The position numbers and the translations under genes are program-made. From positions 64,001 through 128,000 of the IMG/VR virus record IMGVR_UViG_3300022217_000003: DNA of 64,000 nucleotides; one strand, 5' to 3'. Of this stretch, positions 58,313-64,000 are shown in pieces. The notes under the pieces are model-generated. The model was not told the DNA's origin, did no database searches, and worked only from the letters and a program-made list of their open reading frames with translations. Position 1 is the first letter of the stretch. Each line of letters opens with the position of its first letter. Source of the DNA: a virus. Its lineage: Duplodnaviria; Caudoviricetes.

Positions 58313-59572
58313 TTAATGCCACACCTCAAGAGCTTTCGCATTATATTCATCTATTTCTTTTGCAACGATATGTTTTATTTCATTATATCTATCTTTGGGT
58401 ATCTTGGGACAAAAATAATTGTATGGGGATTGGTGTGAGAATAGGGCGGAATCATAATTATCATTTATTAATCCCTCTTCAAGACATTCGGTATATAATT
58501 CAGTTCCCTTATATGGTGTAAAGAAACTTAATGTTATCCTGAACGGATTTAGTGACTTAATAAACTTCATTGTTGTCAATATATCTTCTTCTGTTTCTTC
58601 CGGGAATCCTATAATACAGTAAGCCTTCCACTGTATTTTATTCTTGTTTAAAATATCGGCGGCTTTTAAGAAGGTCTCTGTCTTCTCTCCCTTATTTATA
58701 TATTCCAATATGCGGTTAACCCCACTTTCAAGCCCTATGCTCATTTGCTTACACCCGGACTTTTTCATGCACTTAACCATTTCATCTGTTATCACATCAG
58801 CCCTTGTATCACACCGCCAACTGGATCTTAAATTATATTTATCACAAAATTCAAGCAACTTCTTCTTATTTAATGTAAATGTTTCGTCCCAGAATGTAAA
58901 AAAATCTGATTTAAATGCATCTTCAATATATTTCATTTCTCTAATTATTCTATCCACGCTTTTACATGTTACTTTTCTCCCCCAAATATTTGATGAGGAA
59001 CAAAATCTGCAGTTAAAGGGACACCCCCTGGACGACATCACATGGGCATATCCATTGGGAGAATACTTATCTAATAACATATCAAAATCAGGAAATGGCA
59101 ATTCGTCCAAGTCCTGTAACCTGCCCCCATTTGACTCGTATTCCCCTCTAAATACCTCTACATCAGAGGGGTATTCTTCGGGGCTAATGGTGGGATGCGC
59201 CCCACCCACGAACACAGGTATACCAAATTCTTGTTTTGCTATCTTGTAAATTGACATAAATGACTTATATTTTACGTTTAAAACCGTAACTCCTATTTTA
59301 TCAGGTCTCTCTTTTGATATAGTGGCCCTTAATTCATTCCATATGCTATGATTTAGGTCACTTATTCCGTTTATAAACTTATTATAGTTTTCTTGCCTGC
59401 CATCATATCCCTCATAATGTGTCTTTGCGCCTACTTCCATATTCTTTATCTTGACATCATACCCTTCACTTTTCAACTTTGACCCTACTGCTAATAGGGA
59501 TAATGGCACGTAGTCTTGTTGTAGCGTCACGAACCTGTAAAACGGTGGGTTTATTAATAAAACTTTTTTCAC
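58313..59572 (-). CDS. Cobalamin-dependent radical SAM enzyme
   Basis: VLLINPP, PLSL, GGAHPT, SRGCPFNCRFC, GLESG, IIGFPEET, PYKGTELY. Confidence 0.88.
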   Translation of the reverse strand: MKKVLLINPPFYRFVTLQQDYVPLSLLAVGSKLKSEGYDVKIKNMEVGAKTHYEGYDGRQENYNKFINGISDLNHSIWNELRATISKERPDKIGVTVLNVKYKSFMSIYKIAKQEFGIPVFVGGAHPTISPEEYPSDVEVFRGEYESNGGRLQDLDELPFPDFDMLLDKYSPNGYAHVMSSRGCPFNCRFCSSSNIWGRKVTCKSVDRIIREMKYIEDAFKSDFFTFWDETFTLNKKKLLEFCDKYNLRSSWRCDTRADVITDEMVKCMKKSGCKQMSIGLESGVNRILEYINKGEKTETFLKAADILNKNKIQWKAYCIIGFPEETEEDILTTMKFIKSLNPFRITLSFFTPYKGTELYTECLEEGLINDNYDSALFSHQSPYNYFCPKIPKDRYNEIKHIVAKEIDEYNAKALEVWH

Positions 59573-60444
59573 AGATTCGTAGCCAACTCTTTTAATTCTT
59601 TTAAAAAAGTTGGTTCGTTTTGTTTATAAAAATCATATGCCTTCTCGGTCATTTCAATATACCGATCCCTTGGAAAGTTAATCAAATAATCGGATAGTTC
59701 TGCATCATTTGAAAAATCCCTATAGTCTATATATAATTCCTTGGGGATTCTTTGTTCTATGTTATAGCAACCATAATAAACAGCCACTGTTTTTGCCGAG
59801 AACACATCCCATATCTTTTCTGTTATATAATCCCAACTCCAAAATTCATGGTAAGAATTTTCACAGACCAAAGAAAATCTATATTCATTCACCTTTGAAA
59901 TCTTATCATATCCATATTTATGTAGATTGACATATTGATGATCTGGGTCTCGCTGTCCTAATATGCCTTTATACATTTCACCGCAATTCAAACCGCCATA
60001 TACATGCTTTACCAAACTTTGTATTCCGTTCATTATCTGCAATCGCTTATAGCCAATTGCACCCTCATTGCAATCAAAAAAGGTTTTGAGATTACTTACA
60101 ACACATATTCCATTTATCTTTTCTTCATAAGACTTATAACTATCTAATACTATATCTTCTCTATACATATCGTGACATAGGCAGAAATCTTTAACAAGAT
60201 GTATGTTCAGTTCGTTCTTATGAGCTTCATAAAATTTAGAGTTCCATGTTACCACGCACTTATATTGTTTTAAAAGATCTATATTATATCCATTGGGGGA
60301 TATAGAATATACTTCTCCTAAGTGAGCAATCTTATCTTTTTTATTTTCATCTCCCACCCCTGGGCACAGTATAAAGTTAGGATTTAATTGTTTCCATTCT
60401 CCTGGTATATCTCTTTGTCCGCTAATTGATGTGGGATTTATCAT
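59569..60444 (-). CDS. GT10 (fucosyltransferase-like), paralog of 55797-56630
   Basis: YRFSLVCENS...DYITEKIWD...KTVAVYYG. Confidence 0.8.
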   Translation of the reverse strand: MINPTSISGQRDIPGEWKQLNPNFILCPGVGDENKKDKIAHLGEVYSISPNGYNIDLLKQYKCVVTWNSKFYEAHKNELNIHLVKDFCLCHDMYREDIVLDSYKSYEEKINGICVVSNLKTFFDCNEGAIGYKRLQIMNGIQSLVKHVYGGLNCGEMYKGILGQRDPDHQYVNLHKYGYDKISKVNEYRFSLVCENSYHEFWSWDYITEKIWDVFSAKTVAVYYGCYNIEQRIPKELYIDYRDFSNDAELSDYLINFPRDRYIEMTEKAYDFYKQNEPTFLKELKELATNL

Positions 60445-61130
60445 TCCCTTGTAGCCCCTTCAAAGTCATTATAGACCTGCGATGTTATGCTCTCTCCACT
60501 CTTTTGCCATATTAATTTTGGTTTAACAACAACGCAATTGAAATAAGGCTGTATACGACTTAAATAAAAATTATCTAACTCTGCCCCATATAATATACCT
60601 TCGTCTAATATTTTATCATATAAAGTATTTTTAACTGCATATGCATGACATGATAATAGATTATTACCCTTGACCACGTTTTTTGCGATTGGCAATACAT
60701 GTGCCCCCTCTCTAATACTACTTCCTAAATATAGCATATCCCATCCAACCGTAGTCTGTTGTTCTATCGCAATTAATTGATTTGATACCTTTTCAAATAA
60801 TTCATTAACATCATCTCTAATACCAATATCATCTTCTAATATAAGAACATTATCATATTTTCTTTCTTTGGCCAATTCGACACATCGAACATGTGCTTTA
60901 TTCGCACCACATATTCCCAACTTATAATAATCATGTATTTTATTTGCACTGACTAGGTTTTGATAATGTTTTTCTGGTACATCATCAAGGTTTTTAAGTC
61001 TTATGCCGGGAACTCTTTCATAATTTTTAATATTGGCTTTCTCTAATTCTTCAACAACGTCCTTCCACCTATCTATACTTTCATCTAAATTTATAACAAA
61101 TATCTTATCAAAATAAGTATCTATATTCAT
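60441..61130 (-). CDS. Glycosyltransferase family 25
   Basis: IFVINLDESIDRW, G...AH, VLILEDD, WDMLYLG, HAYAV. Confidence 0.88.
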   Translation of the reverse strand: MNIDTYFDKIFVINLDESIDRWKDVVEELEKANIKNYERVPGIRLKNLDDVPEKHYQNLVSANKIHDYYKLGICGANKAHVRCVELAKERKYDNVLILEDDIGIRDDVNELFEKVSNQLIAIEQQTTVGWDMLYLGSSIREGAHVLPIAKNVVKGNNLLSCHAYAVKNTLYDKILDEGILYGAELDNFYLSRIQPYFNCVVVKPKLIWQKSGESITSQVYNDFEGATRE

Positions 61131-62086
61131 TCCATTTCCTTTTCAAAAAATTTATACGCCGAGGATATAATCTGTTTTAAACCATGTGTGGGCTTCCACC
61201 CCAGAACTTCTTTTGCTTTATCATAAGATGCTATTCTGATAGGGGGATCACCTTCTCTTTTTTTTGATTTCTTTGTCGCAACCTTTTTTATATTGTTAAC
61301 TTCATTAATGATTTCCATTACGCTATATCCAATACCTGTCCCCAAATTAAATACATTGATTTTATTATCCTTCTGTATATAATCCATTGCATCAATATGC
61401 GCCTGACAAATATCATTAACATGAATATAATCCCTTACACATGTACCGTCTATCGTGTCGTAATCCATACCATATATATTAACTGGTTTATTTGTTAATG
61501 CTGCTTTGATTACATTTGGAATCAGATGTGTTTCAGGATCATGCAGTTCTCCTGTCCGTAACTTTTTGTCACTACCTGCTACATTAAAATACCTAAAAAT
61601 AATATAATTAATATCATAATACAATTTATAATATTGCAGTATCATCTCGGCCATATATTTAGTATACCCATAGGGATTCATTGGCCTGATAAAAGAATGT
61701 TCTTGTATAGCACTGTCACAATCATCATATACGCAACATGTGGATGAAAATATAATATTTTTGATATCATAACAACTCATTGTATATAATAATGTATCAA
61801 CGCCCCTGACATTATTATACATATATTTATCGGGGTCTTTGAATGATTCTGATACAGTGGCATGTGCCGCCAAATGGATTACCAGATCTATTTTTGTATT
61901 ACTAAATATAGAATGGAGAATATCTGAACTATAATAAGTGCCTTTAAAAAAAACATCGTTAAATACGTGCTCTTTTTTTCCCTGACAAAAATTATCAATG
62001 CCTATAGTATAATGCCCTTGCTTCTTAAGCATTAAAGAAAGGTGGCTACCTATATATCCCGCACTACCTGTTATTAATATGTTCAT
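61127..62086 (-). CDS. galE: UDP-glucose 4-epimerase
   Basis: GSAGYIGSH, HLAA, YGYTK, RYFNVAG, PETHLIP, DGTCVRDYIHV. Confidence 0.93.
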   Translation of the reverse strand: MNILITGSAGYIGSHLSLMLKKQGHYTIGIDNFCQGKKEHVFNDVFFKGTYYSSDILHSIFSNTKIDLVIHLAAHATVSESFKDPDKYMYNNVRGVDTLLYTMSCYDIKNIIFSSTCCVYDDCDSAIQEHSFIRPMNPYGYTKYMAEMILQYYKLYYDINYIIFRYFNVAGSDKKLRTGELHDPETHLIPNVIKAALTNKPVNIYGMDYDTIDGTCVRDYIHVNDICQAHIDAMDYIQKDNKINVFNLGTGIGYSVMEIINEVNNIKKVATKKSKKREGDPPIRIASYDKAKEVLGWKPTHGLKQIISSAYKFFEKEME

Positions 62087-62567
62087 ATATTATTTCTTCC
62101 ACCTTATTAATACAATACCCAGGTGCCCATGTCTTTGTATCCAATATTAAATCGGGCTTTTTCGGTATTTGATATGGGCTATCTATGCCTGTAAAATTTT
62201 TTATTTTATTATCCCTTGCTTTTTTATACATCCCCTTAACATCTCTTTTTTCACACACTTCCAAATCTGCCTTACAGTATATTATATATGTATTAGGAAC
62301 TATATTTCTTATCTGTTCTCTGTATTTTTCAAAGGGCGATATAAAATCTGTTATTAAATTTATGTTTTCCGCATTAAGAATTTTGCATAGCTCAATTATT
62401 CTGCGCATATTTTCCCGCCTATCTTCAACGGAAAACCCCAGATCTTTACACAAGCCCTTTCTAATATTATCTCCATTTAACAATAAAAATTCTGGATATT
62501 TTTCTTTTAGCTTATTGGCTATGGTTGATTTACCCGAACAGGGCAATCCAGTAAACCATAAAATCAT
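62064..62567 (-). CDS. cysC: Adenylyl-sulfate (APS) kinase
   Basis: WFTGLPCSGKSTIA, GDNIRKGL..DLGFS..DR.EN, FISP, RDVKGMYKKA, FTGIDSPY. Confidence 0.93.
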   Translation of the reverse strand: MILWFTGLPCSGKSTIANKLKEKYPEFLLLNGDNIRKGLCKDLGFSVEDRRENMRRIIELCKILNAENINLITDFISPFEKYREQIRNIVPNTYIIYCKADLEVCEKRDVKGMYKKARDNKIKNFTGIDSPYQIPKKPDLILDTKTWAPGYCINKVEEIIYEHINNR

Positions 62568-62568
62568 T

Positions 62569-63432
62569 TTATACCCCCTTGATCCCATTGGATAAAATTT
62601 TAAAAAAAACATCTAGCGACTCATTTATTTTTTGTATTACAACCCCTCTATCATATGTCCAAAACCAGCTATAACTCGCATTGCCGACATCATTATTTAC
62701 CTCCGGTTTACACCCACACAACATGGCTTCTAAAACAGTTCTTCCCGCTGATTCAACCGCCCCATTAGTTGGGAGTAAATAACACCCGTGTGCTTTTGAA
62801 TAATATTGTCTTACAACATCCGGGGGCTGATGACCTATATATCTTACGTTATCACATTCTTTTATTGTCTCAATACCTATATCTCCGTTATCCGTTGTTC
62901 CCATAAATACATATTTATTCTCAGGATTTTTTTTTGCTATATCTAATATTTCAATAATCCCCTTATTTGAATGGATCAACCCCACATATATATAGAGATT
63001 CTTTTGTCTTACAAATCCGTCCTGCCTTTTGAAAAAATTATAATCTATTGGAACCACCACGTATTCATAATTATCAATTACTAAATGTTTTTGTACACTG
63101 GGTAATGCGTCTTGTATATGAGTCCTATGTCTTGGCGAAAAAAACAGAAGCTTATACGCATTGGGAATTAACCATTCTCTTATCCACTCCTTTTCAGGCA
63201 AAACCAATTCTATGCTATGTTCAATATATATATATTTCATGGGCTTTAAATGTTTTTTTAATTTATCTTCTGTACCTTTGTATATCATTCCAATAATATA
63301 AAACTCAATTGATTCATCAATGACATTAAATCCAACTTCAAACCCACGTTTTTTGGCTTGATTGTAATAACATCTCATGGTTAAGTCTGCGCCATATCCA
63401 ACCGTTGAATCATTTAAAAAGCTTATTTTCAT
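62569..63432 (-). CDS. Glycosyltransferase, GT4-like
   Basis: YVG.I...KG, ESAGRTVLEAMLCG. Confidence 0.8.
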   Translation of the reverse strand: MKISFLNDSTVGYGADLTMRCYYNQAKKRGFEVGFNVIDESIEFYIIGMIYKGTEDKLKKHLKPMKYIYIEHSIELVLPEKEWIREWLIPNAYKLLFFSPRHRTHIQDALPSVQKHLVIDNYEYVVVPIDYNFFKRQDGFVRQKNLYIYVGLIHSNKGIIEILDIAKKNPENKYVFMGTTDNGDIGIETIKECDNVRYIGHQPPDVVRQYYSKAHGCYLLPTNGAVESAGRTVLEAMLCGCKPEVNNDVGNASYSWFWTYDRGVVIQKINESLDVFFKILSNGIKGV

Positions 63433-63596
63433 ACTTTTTTCTTCCTAACCATTGCTTGAGCATAACAAATGAAAGAGTTAATAGGTGTATTATAAATACA
63501 TATCCCACCCTGTGGCTCCCAGCCTTTTTCTATATAGCCACTTATGGTCTCTAATAAAATATCCCTATCACGACTTTCTATTATTGTATATTCCAT
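63429..63596 (-). CDS. 55-aa DUF1737-like protein (not in ORF track)
   Basis: MEYTIIES...KGWEPQGGI...YAQAMVRK; ATGA overlap with the downstream GT gene. Confidence 0.65.
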   Translation of the reverse strand: MEYTIIESRDRDILLETISGYIEKGWEPQGGICIYNTPINSFICYAQAMVRKKKV

Positions 63597-63644
63597 TTAT
63601 CTACCCCTTGTTAAAAAGCTATATTCTTATATATAAAAATATAT

Positions 63645-63720
63645 GGAGACCGCAGTTTAGTTACCCGACACGTTCTCGGAGCTTCTTACAGAACTACTAA
63701 ACTAAACCGCTGAGTCTCCC
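63645..63720 (-). ncRNA. Candidate small structured RNA (~76 nt)
   Basis: 18-bp outer stem with a 2-nt bulge and G-U pairs on the minus strand, plus inner GUUCU/AGAAC stem; TATAAT just upstream. Confidence 0.4.
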
Positions 63721-63743
63721 AATAACATTCATTATAGTCCATA

Positions 63744-64000
63744 TTATAACTTATCCAATTCCTGTTTTATTTTATTGGCAATAACAGAGGCAGAAAAGTT
63801 TTGGATCAAATCCTGTCTGCCCTTTCTTGCCTTCTCTTTTGCTTCCCCATAATTTTCATATACTCTTCTCATGAGCTGTCTTAAATGTGCCTCTGACGGC
63901 TCTGCCCATTTTTGGTGACGATAATTCGGGGTTATCTTTTCCATTTCTTCCCCGATTTCTTTATAATCCAATACATCTATTAAATAGGCATTATCATTAT
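63744..64000 (-). CDS. Glycosyltransferase (GT4-like) C-terminus, truncated by window edge
   Basis: Frame open to base 64000 (NDNAYLID...WAEPS..HLRQLMRRVYEN..EA). Confidence 0.6.
   Translation of the reverse strand, partial: NDNAYLIDVLDYKEIGEEMEKITPNYRHQKWAEPSEAHLRQLMRRVYENYGEAKEKARKGRQDLIQNFSASVIANKIKQELDKL

Noticed and set aside
1731-63700. All plus-strand ORFs in the track
   Set aside because: They are antisense shadows of well-supported minus-strand genes, with Phe/Ser/Ile-rich composition and no recognisable motifs.
63643-63720. tRNA (minus strand ends ...CUCCA)
   Set aside because: No D-arm, anticodon arm or TTCG T-loop; it folds as a long hairpin.
1-64000. Alternative genetic code (stop reassignment)
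   Set aside because: Genes are full-length under code 11, and TAA, TAG and TGA all end genes right at the next start.
30010-64000. Ordinary host O-antigen/capsule locus
   Set aside because: No flippase, polymerase, chain-length regulator or priming transferase; interspersed phage-type microgenes; continuous strand and composition with the tail genes.
30010-64000. DNA hypermodification cluster
   Set aside because: No hydroxymethylase, TET/JBP, modified-nucleotide kinase or DNA glucosyltransferase recognised, and it is linked to structural rather than replication genes. Disfavoured, not disproved.

Overview
AT-rich (roughly 30% GC by eye), densely coding segment of a large contractile-tailed (myovirus-type) bacteriophage. 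Essentially all real genes are on the minus strand in the standard genetic code, many of them translationally coupled (ATGA/TAATG overlaps). In transcription order (high to low coordinates): (1) ~30-64 kb, a cluster of at least 34 kb and ~40 genes, open at the window edge, of soluble sugar-nucleotide and glycan-tailoring enzymes. It includes GalE, Glf, an intein-containing Gmd, a His-type ColD-like dehydratase, Fcl/ColC, two NeuB, two NeuA, two Maf/DUF115-like proteins, about 13 glycosyltransferase-like genes (GT2, GT4-like, GT10, GT25), four cobalamin-dependent radical SAM enzymes plus one SPASM radical SAM, CysC plus a sulfotransferase, and methyltransferases. No flippase, polymerase or lipid-priming transferase is present. 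(2) ~10-30 kb, a neck-tail-baseplate-fibre module (sheath, tube, frameshifted tail chaperone, tape measure, LysM hub, spike, gp25, baseplate J, fibre), in which four virion proteins share a repeated small domain. (3) 7.3-9.8 kb, a self-contained cassette of exported proteins. (4) 0-7.2 kb, genes behind sigma70-type promoters: an FlhG/FleN-like ATPase with a membrane-anchored lytic transglycosylase, a pentapeptide-repeat protein, RecA, an endonuclease and a lambda-O-like initiator. The best candidate novel system is a phage-encoded cytoplasmic glycosylation pathway (colitose/fucose, galactofuranose, nonulosonic acids, sulfation, B12-radical methylation) placed directly upstream of the virion genes, inferred to build a glycan coat on the virion. 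All functional calls come from motif recognition by eye; no database searches were run.
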